A stretch of DNA of 64,000 bases from Camelus ferus (lineage: Eukaryota). A program made the position numbers and the translations under genes. The notes below the pieces were generated by a model. The model saw only the letters and a program-made list of their open reading frames with translations, did not search any database and was not told the origin of the DNA. The DNA lies in assembly GCF_009834535.1 (NCBI RefSeq), contig NC_045697.1, positions 113,338,001 through 113,402,000 of the forward strand. Reading direction: 5' to 3'. Each line of letters opens with the position of its first letter. The first letter of the stretch is position 1. Positions 14,050 to 25,949 of the stretch are shown here, piece by piece.

Positions 14050-14850
14050 TCAATATTTTTAAAAGCCTTTTTTATAAAATGCTAGGTGCCTCCAAGATGG
14101 CGTTAACAGAAACTGCAGTCTTAGCCGCGAGTTCATTTACACACGTGTCCAAGGAGCGAATGCAATCGCCAGGGAGCGCATCCCCTGGACAGCTGAGGCA
14201 GAGCGGCTGCGCCAGGCAGGCAGAAGAGAGACCCCAGATCTGCACCAAGCTGACCATCTAGTTAGAAACAAGCGTCTAAGCAACAGTCAGAAAAGTCCCA
14301 AGTCAACGCGCTGACGACTCACACTTTGACAACGACAGTTCGCCTGGCGCAGCGGAAGTGCGGCAGCGCTGCGGCTGCGGTTTCAATCCCAGAACTCACA
14401 ACCAAGGCTCAAGTGAACTGGGATGTTGAATAAGCGGGAAAACGTAAACTTCCTGGGAGCTTTGGGTCATTCTGAAAGTGGGGGCCCGGCCTGGCAGCTT
14501 GGTCTTTCGATGCTGAAGGAGAAGAGAAGCCGGGATGAGTTCCTCGCCTTCTCTACCCCCCTCCCGGCCTCACCTGCGAGGGGGACGCACCGGGAGGGGC
14601 GGTCGGGGAGGAGAGGCTGTTTCTGTCCCCTTTGTGGTTCCTCCTCTGCGGATGAAAGCGGGAAAACCCGAGTTTGAAGTCACCGCTGCCACAGGAAACA
14701 GCCTGCACGAGTTTCCTCCAAAGGACAGCGCAGAAATCAGCGCTGCGAAGTCCAGGTGTCCTGCAGGCGCGGCACCTGGAAGGAGACCAGCGTCTCCCTG
14801 AAGCAGCCAAGAGAGCACGTGCTTTAATAATGAGAAGCATGGACAAACGC
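14050..14850. promoter_or_regulatory. CpG-island promoter, probably driving a minus-strand transcript, possibly bidirectional
   Basis: Dense CpG. YY1/TISU-like caagatggcg 14093-14102; MYB-type gacagtt 14334-14340; ETS cggaagtg 14353-14360; ZNF143-like tcccagaa at 14387 and ctgggag at 14453; SP1 gaggggcgg near 14597; minus-strand GTGAGT donor at 14322-14317. Confidence 0.85.
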
Positions 14851-14878
14851 TTCCTGAGAATAGGGCCAAGTTTTATTT

Positions 14879-15139
14879 TCATTTTTCAGCTTCATTAGGT
14901 AGAATTGCTACAGTTTGACTGCACATATACAATGTATTGCAGGGAAATACATATAAACTGTATGCTGCACATATTTTTTTTAAGTTTGCATATGTGTACT
15001 GATCATTGTTTCTAAGAATGTTTAGAGCTTTAGCTTTTTAAACTTACATAGTTATCAAAGGAATAAAGCCAACCACAAAATAAGAATCAACAGAATGTGG
15101 TGATCCAGTCATAAAGGACAATCAAATGTGCTTGTGGCA
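14879..15139 (-). pseudogene. probable retrocopy of an mRNA 3' end (parent not identified)
   Basis: Flanked by a 13-bp near-perfect direct repeat ccaagttttattt (14866-14878) / ccaatttttattt (15140-15152); short degenerate T-tract at the left end; AT-rich sequence matching no repeat I recognise. Confidence 0.5.
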
Positions 15140-15426
15140 CCAATTTTTATTTGAGTGTTTTGTTAACTTCAAGGCTTCTCCTGTCAGATGCTACAGCTGA
15201 CTGTTGAATGTTTAGGCTGACTTGACTTGACTTAGTGAGGATTTAGGTCTGAAACACAGAGAAGGCCTGCTTAGCCTTTTCTGAGACCAATCATCACAGC
15301 AGAGATAACAGGCCTTGCTCTTCTCTGGGGGCTGGGACCCATGTGCCTGTGTTAACCGAGGGGCATCCTTGTACCCACATTCCCCAAATTATAAATTCTT
15401 CCTCAGCAAAATGTCTTGAAAGCCAG

Positions 15427-15947
15427 TGTTCTTGAGTCCAAACTCATTCTGCTTACCACACGACAGGCCAGTAAACTGGAAGACAAGGTGTTGGGGTAAG
15501 GAATAGTGACTTTTTCTTGGGAAAACCAGCAGACCGAGAAGATAGGGGACTAATGTCGTGGACAACCATCTTCCCCAAGTCAGAATTCAGGCTCCTTTAG
15601 TACCATAAAGGGGAGAGGGTGTGGTTGGTTGTTGCAAACTTCTTGATGTAGGAATCCTTTGTTCTTGCAGCTGTCCATGTGGGTCAGATCATGGTGTCCT
15701 GTAAACCTCCATCAAGACAAATGTTAGTTTCTATTCTGCAACTTTTTGTCTCTATATGAATGGAAAAGTGTTATCCCCTTAAAGGTCACAGCCTTGAGGA
15801 TGGGCTCTCCTGTCTGTTTCAGGCTCTAGGCAACATTCTTTTACAAAAGGTGCAGAACCAGCAGGACTGAGCCCAGGAAACAGAGCACAGGGTTGGAGCT
15901 AAAGGGACAGGTCTAATATGGAGTCAGATTTGTTCTTCTCTATTACA
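15427..15947 (-). mobile_element. ERV1-type solo LTR, family A
   Basis: tgttcttgag..ctattaca termini; reverse complement of the family A copies. Confidence 0.9.
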
Positions 15948-15992
15948 CAGCACTACTGAATGACTCAGGAAAACTCAACTTCAGGCTCCTCT

Positions 15993-16830
15993 GTATTAAT
16001 CTGCTCAGGCTGCTGGAACCAAATACCAGATTGCGTGGCTTAAACAACAGACGTTGATCTTCTCATGGTTCCAGAGTCCGGAAGGCCAAGATCAGGGTGC
16101 TGGCAAATTCGACAAATTTGGTGTGTGGTGAGCCTCTCTTCTTGGCGGGTCACCACCTGGCCGTGTCCTCACACGCTTTCCTCTGTGCACACTGGGGAGA
16201 GAGCGGGGTCTCTGATGTCTCTCCCTCTTATTGGGTCACCAGTCCTATTGGGTCAGGGCCCCATACGATAATAGGGAAGAACAAATCCGACTCCATCTTG
16301 GATCTATTTCTTTCACTTTAGCCTGTGTAGCCTATCGCTTTTGCTACAAGTTAAGACTGTTGCCTAGAGCCTGAAATAGACAGGAGAGCCCCTTCTCAAG
16401 GCTCTGACATTTAAAGGTGTAACACTTTCCTATTCACAGAGAGATAAAAGATTGCAGAACAGAGAACATTTGTCGTGTTGGAGGGTTTACAGGAGCATCC
16501 TGACCTGACCTACATGGACAGCTGCAAGAATAAAGAAGTTTGCAACACCCTCTCCCCTTTTAGAATGAAATAACCCTGAATGCTAACTCAGGGAAGATGG
16601 TTCTTTGGGACACTGGTCCACCATCTTCTCAGTCTTCTGGCTTTCCAAATAAAGTCACTCTTCCTTTTCCCAACAACTCTTTTCTTGATTTATCGGCCTG
16701 TCATGCAGCAAGCAGTATGAACTTGGACTTGGAAACAACATGGCCTCATTTAACTTTACTTACTTACTTAAAGGTCCTATCTCCATAGATAGTCGTGTTG
16801 GGGGTTATATGAATTTCTGTTCAGCCCATG
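15993..16830 (-). mobile_element. MLT1 (MaLR) LTR, split by a family A LTR
   Basis: tgtattaatctgctcaggctgc..ggcttaaacaacaga..; resumes at about 16738 (tggcctcatttaact..tatgaattt..ttcagcccatgac). Confidence 0.85.
16266..16737 (+). mobile_element. ERV1-type solo LTR, family A, nested in MLT1
   Basis: taatagggaagaacaaatccgactccat..aataaagtcac..ggaaaca; homologous to 6524-7009. Confidence 0.9.
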
Positions 16831-17914
16831 ACCTCCCCCATCTTCCTGCTGACACTGTACCAAATTTATTTTGACGGGGCTTGTGCCCATAGAACTACAG
16901 GTGGCTTGTGGAGCTGCCTTCTACTAGTGTTCCCTCTTTCCTTCATTTCTCTCTCTCTTTCCTCCCCACAGTCCCGGTAAAAGGATTTTCTTTATATAAT
17001 CTCCTCTGACTTTCTCTCCTCTGCTTTCTGACTGTAGCTAAAATGTAATAACAGAGAGCAGTTCCTTCTCTACACTATAAAAATGTCTGTGAGCTAAGTT
17101 CTTCAGAATTCATGGTTGATCTGCTAGTGAGAAGAAAACAAAATTTTTTAAAATGTCCTTTCTAGTCTGTCAGTGAAGTTATTGTCTTACTGCTTAATCT
17201 TCTTCTGGAATAATAAATTTAAGACTACTTAGGTAATACATTTATGTGATTCACTTATATATGTGTGACTAAAAAGAAAAGAAACAATCACAAAAAGAAA
17301 TAAAACACTTTATATGTGTACAAAGTAAAGTCGAACTTGCAATACAAGTTATTCTATTGACTTTAGTAAGAAATGAAATGTTTTTCATTTAGATTCTCGA
17401 GCTCCCTGTATTAGGTAAGTGATGGCAGCTACCAGCATGCACTGACCCAGGAAACTGTTAAACCAAAAAGAGCAAGTTGAATGAGCTACAGAAAAACTCT
17501 TAAGCTGAAGTGCTGGTTTTCTTGTTATATAATTAGCTTTGATTGCCAGTAAGGCTTAGAGATGATTAAAAGAAAAAGGAGGTAAGTGTTGTAGGAACAC
17601 TTAACGCATCTTGTCAACAAATCCTTGAAACGCACTAAAATCACAAGATCTACTGCTCATATGGACCCAGAAGATGGAAATCACTTCCTTCCTCTGAAGT
17701 TCTTATTAGAGATCCAGAAGTGACTAATGTTCCTGAAATTTGAGTTCAGGCACCAGTTTTCACATTTTGTGAGCTCTCTATGCTGTAGGACTTTCTAGTT
17801 ATTGGCATGCTTCCCCCTCAGTGATCCTTTAACAGAGAAGAAATTCCTTAAGATGGTTCCTTGTCATTTCTGGTTCCAAAGCCAGAAGCATAAGAAGAAA
17901 CCATACATGTTCCT

Positions 17915-18250
17915 TTATTTATTCCAAAAAAATTTATTGCATAACCACTTGCCAGGTACTGCCTTCTGTTCTGGAAACACACAATGACTAAGCCAAAAAC
18001 TATACTCTTAAGGATCTCAAGCAGGGAGTGTAGGGGAGGAATAAATGGTTTCCATTCAGTGAGATGGGTGCCTTGGTAGAAATAATGATGAGGCACATTG
18101 AGGCAATAAAGGCGAAAGCAGGGAAGGCACCAAAGAGGAAGTGACACCTGTGCTGAGTCTTGATGGATGACTAGGAGTTTGCCAGGTTGACAGAGAGGAA
18201 GTAGCACTCAAAATAGCCTGCAACCTGTGCTAAGACCAAGCATATGAAAA
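17915..18250 (-). mobile_element. L2 fragment
   Basis: tttatttattccaaaaaatttattg..ttgccaggtactg..tgagtcttgatggatgactaggagtttgccagg. Confidence 0.65.
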
Positions 18251-18439
18251 AGCCTGACTATGAAATCCCGTCTTTATTTGAGTTACATTCTGCTTAACTC
18301 CAGGCAAAATCAGAATAACTGTATCTCTGATAAGTTGTAAAGTAGTTGCTAAAGAATTGGAACCAGTACCACATTTATAGTCTTTGAGAGTGAAGTTCAT
18401 CCTTAAACTCAGAATGAAGTTCAGTTTCATTTAAATATT

Positions 18440-19300
18440 TTATAACATGTTTTCCAAACGTCAAAGATATAAGCAGTTAAATGACGCTAATGCATCGAGC
18501 AAAAGAGGGGTTTACTGACTTAATGTTTTTCGCAGCACTCACTTTACTCTGCCCAGAGAGAGAGAATTTCGGGGAGGCGTGTCCTGGTGTGATGCAGGGT
18601 GGCTGTTCTTCCTGTGTTTTTGTCTTCGGCGGCTGTGGGCGGAGGACCTCTCTGCTCTGTCCTTCCCGAGGAGCCGCTGCTCTCACATATAAATAAATCC
18701 AAGACATTCTGCTTCTTTCTCCAGTAGTGAGATGGCTTTACAGTTAGAAATACATGTTAATCCAGAAATGCTCTCTTCTCCTTGATATCTTATGTGTCTG
18801 GGTTAGGCAATTCACTGACAAACTCAGCGGCTCTGTCCGTGTTTTCCTCACCTAACAGCCTTACGTGATGGCCAGGTCTTCCCAAGATGCAGATTTGGGT
18901 GGGGATGGGGGCAATGTGGGAAAAGGTCATGCTTAGTCAAAGCCACTCGGCCTCTGCCTGAAACCTGCCTTTGGGGTCACCGGTCACCGAATCCGCAGTC
19001 ACTAAGTGGTACTTTGTTCTCCGTTGGGTGTTCTTTCTTTTTATAGCGCTACCTTGGGAAACTCGTGGGAAGAAGGGAGAGGGAGGAGTGGTTGGCAGAT
19101 TTGGGGCATTTTTATATTTTTGGATATAATACCACCAAAATCTGTCAAAAGTACGCTCTGAATCCCAAACTTTCTGGCATGGTCTCAGGTGGCTGAAAGG
19201 TGAATTAATGCAATGAGCTTTAAGAACCAAATTGCATCTAGAGAGGCCAGAGCAATGCGGGGTCAGCACAGGGTGGACCGTGTTGCAGGCAACCAGGAGA
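18440..19300. promoter_or_regulatory. CpG-enriched promoter/enhancer-like region with MYB, CRE half-site and RFX motifs
   Basis: cgtca 18459, gcagtta 18473, tgacg 18482, acagtta 18740, ccgttgg 19021, gttgcaggcaac 19282-19293; G4 motif 18897-18920; minus-strand GTGAGT donor at 18542-18537. Confidence 0.5.
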
Positions 19301-19429
19301 AGACATTCACTCTGGGGCTAGGAAAGTATATCTGGTGTTTGCTGAGGTCTGGGGAAATAAGAACTCATACACTGCTGTGGGTATGTTACTTTATATAATC
19401 CTTTAGTGAGTAATTAGCTATTAAAAACT

Positions 19430-19835
19430 GAATACACGAAGCCATTAAACCAGAAATTCCAGTCTGAGGAATTTGTCTTCAAATGTACTTGTACAAGCAG
19501 TTAAATATTTATGGAGGAAGATCTTCATTGCAACTCTGTTTGTAAAACTGGAAATAACCCAGATATTCATAATAAGCTGGTTAAAAATGGCATAATAATG
19601 TATGGTACACTGTACAATAGAGTATCAGTCATGTATTGAAAAGAATGATATTTATGTGGTCATACTTACTATGCAGAAATTCATTACTAAATTAAAAAAA
19701 GCAAGGGACAAAACACTTATAACGTGTTCCTATTTATGTAAAAACAAAAATATATGTATGCTTCCATAGCCATACAATTCCGGAAAAAATGCCCCTCCTG
19801 GACACACGGTACTGTTACTAGTAGATAAACTTGAG
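19430..19835 (+). mobile_element. old L1 (L1MC/ME-like) 3' fragment
   Basis: ccagaaattccagtctgaggaattt..ttcattgcaactctgtttgtaa..aactggaaataaccc. Confidence 0.65.
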
Positions 19836-19861
19836 GAATGTATGAAGTGCATGTGTATGTA

Positions 19862-20232
19862 TTTTTTTAATTGAAGTGTAGTTGATTTACCACATTAGTT
19901 TCAGGTGTACAGCAAAACAATTAAGTTATACATATATATACATATGCATGTATATATTTAGATTCTTTTCCACTATATGTTATTACAAGAAATTGATACA
20001 GTTCCCTGTGCTGTACAGTAGGTCCTTGTTGTTTATTTTATATATAGTAACATGTATCTGTTAATCACAAACTCCTAATTTATCCCTCCCCTTTCCTCTT
20101 TGGTAACCATAGTTTGTTTTCTATGTCCATGAGTCTATTTTTGGATTATAAATAAGATTTATATCATTTAAAAAAATTCCAGTATAAGTGACATCATATG
20201 ATATTTGTCTTTCTCTGTCTGACTTACTTCAT
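19862..20232 (-). mobile_element. lineage L1 3' end
   Basis: ttttttaattgaagtgtagttgattta..tttgtctttctctgtctgacttacttca; same family as 54683-55246. Confidence 0.9.
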
Positions 20233-20769
20233 ACGCATTTTTAAAAACTTAAGTGCATGCATTACATTTATGATAAAATAGTTTTAAGAGCTCATAAAGT
20301 AGGTTGGAAATAAAAATAATAGCATAATATTTAACATTATATTAAACAAATTGTACAGATTTGGTTAACTACTCTCCCGTGAGTAAATTTCTTCACTTGT
20401 CTTCTATGACCTCACTCCTAAGTGATGTATTTTTCCCCAAAGTCCCTGGTCGTTCCTGATTCTTCTGTTGCTGTCTTCTGTTCTGCTCTCTTCTAAAGAT
20501 TTGTGTTGGACCTGTACTCCTCTCAGTGTACACATTTCCTCCAGAAACACTTACCCGCCCCACACCAACCATGGTGTCATTACCATCTCTATGCTGATCA
20601 CTCACAGAGCTGTTTCTTAGCACAAACTCCTTTCCTGAGTCAGATCAAGAAATTTAGTTACCTCCCCAAATAATGTACCTCACAATCAACATGCACAAAA
20701 GTATCCTCTTACCCTCAAACAATCCCATCCTGCTCCAGTGTTTCCCTTTCTGAGTGAACGTCACCAGTC

Positions 20770-21130
20770 AGACTCCCAGGAGACACCAGACCAGTCTGGG
20801 TGCTCACCCAGGGAATGTGGGCATCTCAGCAGGTGTGCACTGGGAGGGCAGACAGGAAAGATGCGCTTGGTGAGGTGACTGTGGAGGTGGTTCATAGAAG
20901 TTGGCATGGCTCTGGATTGGGTGTGTTCATGAGGGCACATCTCTAACTGGGTGCCTTGATACTTTGTACCCACCCAGCAGGAGGGCTGGAGCTGGCAGGC
21001 TGGTGCTGTGCTTGGTAGAGGAGCAGCAGTCACTCACTTGGTTTGCTGGAAGGAGGTGATGCTCTGTTATTTCTTTGGTTCCGTGGTGTTTTCTCTCTGT
21101 CTGTGCTTAGTCACGATCGCAGTCCTGATT
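20770..21130. mobile_element. probable old ERVL-type LTR inserted in L2
   Basis: GC-richer block interrupting L2 sequence (20390-20765, resuming near 21300); family not resolved. Confidence 0.4.
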
Positions 21131-21453
21131 CTGTCTTGTAGTATAACGATCACAGAGTGAACTCACTGACGTTGAGGTTCTGTGCAGTGTTTATGTTCAG
21201 CAGAAGGACACCATGACCAGCTACTTGGCAACACTAACAAGGCTGCTGATTTTTTTCTTCCAAACTCAGATCTATTTGCCCAAGACAGACAGCTGGGCAG
21301 CAGGTGGCAAGTGCTCTTGATTGTCAGAAATAGCTCTAAAATCCATCAACTTCTCCTTCTCCCCACTTCCTACACACTATCGCTCACTTTTTCTACTGTG
21401 TTAGAATTGTAGCTGGTCTCAATGCCTTCATTTGGTTCCTTCCTTGATGATTT

Positions 21454-21913
21454 TGTTACTGCATCCAAACTCATTGTGCTCACCACACAACAGGCTAATA
21501 AATAAGGAGATGAGGTGTTGGGGCAAGGAATAATGACTGTATCAGAAAGCCAGCAAAGATGGTGGACTAGTGTCCTGGAGAACCATCTTTCCCAAGTCAG
21601 AATTCAGGCTCCTTTTATACTAAAAAGGGGAGAGGGGTGTGGTTGGCTTGTTGCAAACTTCTTGGTGTTGGAATCCTTTGTTCTTGTAGCTCTCCACGTG
21701 GGTCAGATGATGATGTTCCTGTAAACCTCCAACAAGATAATAGCTGCTTTCTATTTGCCTTGAGAATGGGCTTTCCTGTCTATTTCAGGCTCCAGGCAAC
21801 ATTTTTTTACAAAAGGTGCAGAACCAGCATGACTGAGCCCAGGAAACAGAGCCCAGGGTAAGAGCTAGAGGAACAGACCTAATAATGATTCAGATTTGTT
21901 CTTCCCTATTACA
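21454..21913 (-). mobile_element. ERV1-type solo LTR, family A
   Basis: tgttact..tattaca termini with perfect TSD attt (21450-21453 / 21914-21917). Confidence 0.93.
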
Positions 21914-22398
21914 ATTTTATTGACTTCTTTCAGAACGCCATTCGCTTTTAAGCACATTCTTCCTTTAAAGCGCTAGTTCTCAACCTTGTCTGCCAATTAC
22001 GATCCCTTCAGGAGGCTTTGAGAAAATACTGACACCACTCCCTCTCCTCAGAGGAAAGAGCTGTACTAGTGTTTAATCCCGTGCATTTGGTGGAGCCACA
22101 TCAAGGTAACAGGAGCCCCATCCCCCAACTAAACCTTGAAGGGAATGGTGATTGGCTGGAAGGGGTGAGAAGACCAGCAGAAAGACCTGTGAGGGAAAGA
22201 AAGATAGGACAGAGATGAAGAATGAGAAATCCTGCCAGCAGCTCATGGGGAGAAACAACAGGGAGGTGGCTTCCAAACAGAGCATCAGCTCATCCTGTGG
22301 TTGGGTGTTGTGGCTGAGAAACCAGATTGGGAAGATTATCTCTCAGGAAGGGTTTCTTCTGGAAGATAAGAACAAATACATACCCCCATGGCTCCAGT

Positions 22399-23578
22399 TG
22401 TAACCGAGCAGGACCCTGTGGGGTCTTCTTGGGACAGACCTTCTCCCATGTCTTCCACCTGCCTCTTTTTGTAGAAAAACATTAGCCTCTTAGACCTTCC
22501 CCTAGTTCAAGAATAAATTTAATCAGAGAAGTGAGAAAATGTAAAAACAAAGAAAAATGGGCAAGCAACAGAAAATAGTAATAGTTTGGCCATTAAGCAA
22601 AGTCAAGGACCTTTAGTTCCTCCTCAGGGATTATAGATAGTATTTTGAGCCATCCTTTTGTTACCCCAAAAGGGGAAGGGGAAAGACCCCAGTTCTTGTC
22701 TTACCCAAAAGATAAGAATTCAGACGGGTGATGGAGCATTACATTGTGAAAGATTTTAAAGGATTTATTTAGCAAAGGGAAAGCACACCCCCAAGAATGA
22801 GAGGTGGGCTGATCCAAGGGAGGAAATCAGGAGGACTTTGTCCTCTTTCTTATCCCTTTGCTTAGAGGTGCTCTTTTGATTGATTGATGGCTGTTTTGAT
22901 GCCTGTCCCCTTTTGTGCAAGTCCTTACCCATGATGCACACAGAAAAACCCATGGGAGGAGGGTGCTAAACCACAATGCTAATTATATTACAATGAACAT
23001 TGGATCATGTCCAGTTAGGTCCTTGTTGCTATCACACAGTTGTGGCTGTCGGATTCTAACTGGTTTCTTGCTGGCGCTCATTTAGAGGAAGTAAAGCACC
23101 TTTATGCTGAAGGGGGCATGTGAACATCCTCCCTCTCCTCCACCTATCTACCTGGTGCCCCCACTTACCTAACTAACACTTTGAGCTTTTTTGCAGATAC
23201 TGAAATCTCCATGGTGGGGGGTAATGTAACAAATTAATTACATGCTGTCCACAAGCACATAGACCCCAGACCAACTGAAACTAGAAGGTTGATGATGTTG
23301 ACTTCTGATTACTTCAACACCCATCAGTCAGAATAATGTCCACGAGCTGATCATGCACCCTGCAACCATCTCCTTAGCACGTAGCCCCTTCCTCTTTTCC
23401 TTAAATAATCTCCCAGCAAAACATGGAGAGTTGGAGTGTTGGTTCTTTGGGACATGAATCCACCTTTCTCCTGAGAATTGCCAGCTTTCTCAATAAAGCT
23501 ATCTTTCCTTGTACTCAACACTTGTCTCTCAGTATGGGATTTTTGAGTGATGTGTAGCTGAACCGGAGTTCAATGACA
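22399..23578 (+). mobile_element. ERV1-type solo LTR, family C, containing a nested LTR
   Basis: tgtaacc..atgaca termini, perfect TSD cagt (22395-22398 / 23579-23582), aataaa at about 23492. Confidence 0.92.
22659..23178 (-). mobile_element. ERV1-type solo LTR, family B
   Basis: tgttacc..ctaaca termini, perfect TSD cttt (22655-22658 / 23179-23182); homologous to 38557-39101 and 60703-61249. Confidence 0.93.
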
Positions 23579-24449
23579 CAGTGAGGCTGTGACTTGTCAT
23601 CAGGGAGAACAAAATCGGAAGGTTCATCAGCCAATGCTGCCATGTCTTCATGGTGAAACTCAGTGCTAGTCTTTGGCCAAGAAAGCACGTCCAACCCTTT
23701 GTAAAGCAAAAACTATCAGGTAAGGAGAACAATTGTGACTTGACAACTATGGCTAAGAGCTCCATCTGCTCTTCGATGCTTGCATCTCTATGGGTGAGGC
23801 TGGAGGGAGAAGAGAGGATTTTATTCATCTACTCTTGATTATCATCCTCTAGGCTGGTGGAGTAGGAATAAATTGGTTATAGCGTATGTTTTTGTTGGTA
23901 TAAAAATTCTAATAATATTTTGATATGATATTTACTGGATCACAACAAAAGGCCAGGCACACAAGTGTGAAGTTACAGTGGTCAGTCACCTCGAAATGAT
24001 TTCCCTGTAAAATAGTATCACTGCCCTAATTAAAGACCTTTCTCCCTCATTCTCAATGGATGAACTTATGTTTTTGGTTTTTTCCACAAGAAGTTGAAGC
24101 TGTAGAGAAGGATTTCTTTCTCCTCTGTTTTCTAAGTTCTATCTAACTTAATTTAGTCTCAACTTTTCCCCTTTGCAGTTCATAGAAAAAAAATGTTCTT
24201 CATCTTACAAGAATAATCCCTTGGTGTGTAATCTTGAGCTCACCCTCTAGAACAAATTTTAGTAAACATTTTTCAGGAATAGCCCAGAGAGTTAAGCTTT
24301 TAGGCTTTCTGGTCTCTGACTTCTTCCTTATAATCCTTGAGAAATGAGCCTTCAGCAGACAGGCTCAGGGCTGGATTTGGCCGGCAGCACTTCGCTGGCT
24401 TCTGCTCCAGATCTTTGCATGTTCACTCTTCCCTGTTCTCTCTTACAAT

Positions 24450-24890
24450 GATTTTTCTTCTTCTCCCATTGACTCTTCTCAGCTCATTCATCCCAACCCA
24501 TCGCCAAGTCGTGCTGATCCCAACACCTGAGCCTCTCCCTGTGTGCTCCTTCTGGCCAGTTCCCACTACCACTGCTTCCATCACCCTTGTCTAGAACAAC
24601 TTTTTTGACCTCAATCCAGTGAACCCTGACTCATCCTTCGAGATTCACCCCTGGGGCCTCCTCCTCTGAGAAGCCATCCCCCTCCATGGAAACTTGACCT
24701 CTCCTGTTTCTATGTCCTATGACTCTACACCTTACTTGTGTCCCTCTCAGTATTATTCGTCTGTGTGGATCCTGTGTCTTTTCTGCACTGGGAAATTCTG
24801 CTCTGTGAGCTCTTGAACTTTATTTTATCCACTTTTGTAGCTTCCATGCAGTGTCTGATTCACAGGAGAAGTACAGTAAATGTATTTTAA
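24450..24890 (+). mobile_element. L2 3' fragment
   Basis: ctgactcatccttcgagattca..ctcctctgagaagcc..ctgtgagctcttga..cagtaaatgtatt. Confidence 0.65.
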
Positions 24891-25949
24891 AACCATGGGA
24901 GACTATAAGGAGCAGCCTCCCGTCTCTCTGTCAGGGTCACTATCTCTGTTATTGTGGTGAAAGAAGGAAAGGTAGGAGAATTGTGAAACAAATGCCGAGT
25001 AAATTAATTGTCCCCCAAACTGCATTCCATTTCATTTGAGTTTGACAGCTGTAGTCTCCTCTCTTTCTAGGTTCATTTCTTCTACTCTTAGCTCTGCTTT
25101 TAACAGAAAGGACAAAATATGTGCTTTTCAAGTGGAATATGACTTATCACCTATACTCAATCATGCTGCGAAGAAAAACTAAGGGAGAGTAATTTTAATT
25201 TTGTTAGTGATAAGGCAAATATATTCCAAATAAGGAGAGTTAAGAATATACTTAGACATCCAGTCATTTGGTTATTTATTTAACAAGTACTATTAAGTGC
25301 TCAAAACTGCCTTGAGAGTTTAGCCCTGATGAGGACTGGACATGGTTCTTTCTTTTTATAATATACCAGCTTCCCAGAAAATATTAGCCTACTTTTTTGC
25401 CTTATAATTTGCAAGGGCCATGAAAGACAAATTTATTTTATGCTTAAAATTTGCTTGAAATATCGAAATATCTTCATAAATGGATCCTATTATCCATCTT
25501 TCCTGCTGGTAATGTCTTCTTTGTCAAAAAAGTAAGATCAAAATTTTCTTACCTTAATAGAAATGGACAGTAAAAATGATTTCAGGGAGCAATTTTACTT
25601 AGAGGCTTATGCTTTTATCACTGGGAAATTAGCCACACAGCAGACTCTACCTCCAGTCCCCTCTCCCAGACTATGAAGAAAGGGTAGGAAAAATAACCTG
25701 TAACCTGTCCTTAAACAAACAACAGCAACAAAACACAATTGCAGAGCTTTTCAAAGAGAAGTAATGGTGCCTTAAAACTCATTACGATAAAAAACAACAT
25801 GCATTTCTATATAACATTTTGTCTATTTTGGCTTCATTTGTTAATTTCCTTATCTCTCACCTTTTGAACCAGTTTATAAAACCAGGAAACCCAAGACAAA
25901 GAGGCTTTAGGGTCTGATATCATTTCCCTACTAAGAAACTGGTGAGTCA

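Noticed and set aside
14423..14898. Multiple overlapping ORFs in the CpG island
   Set aside because: Expected from stop-poor GC-rich DNA; no homology recognised.
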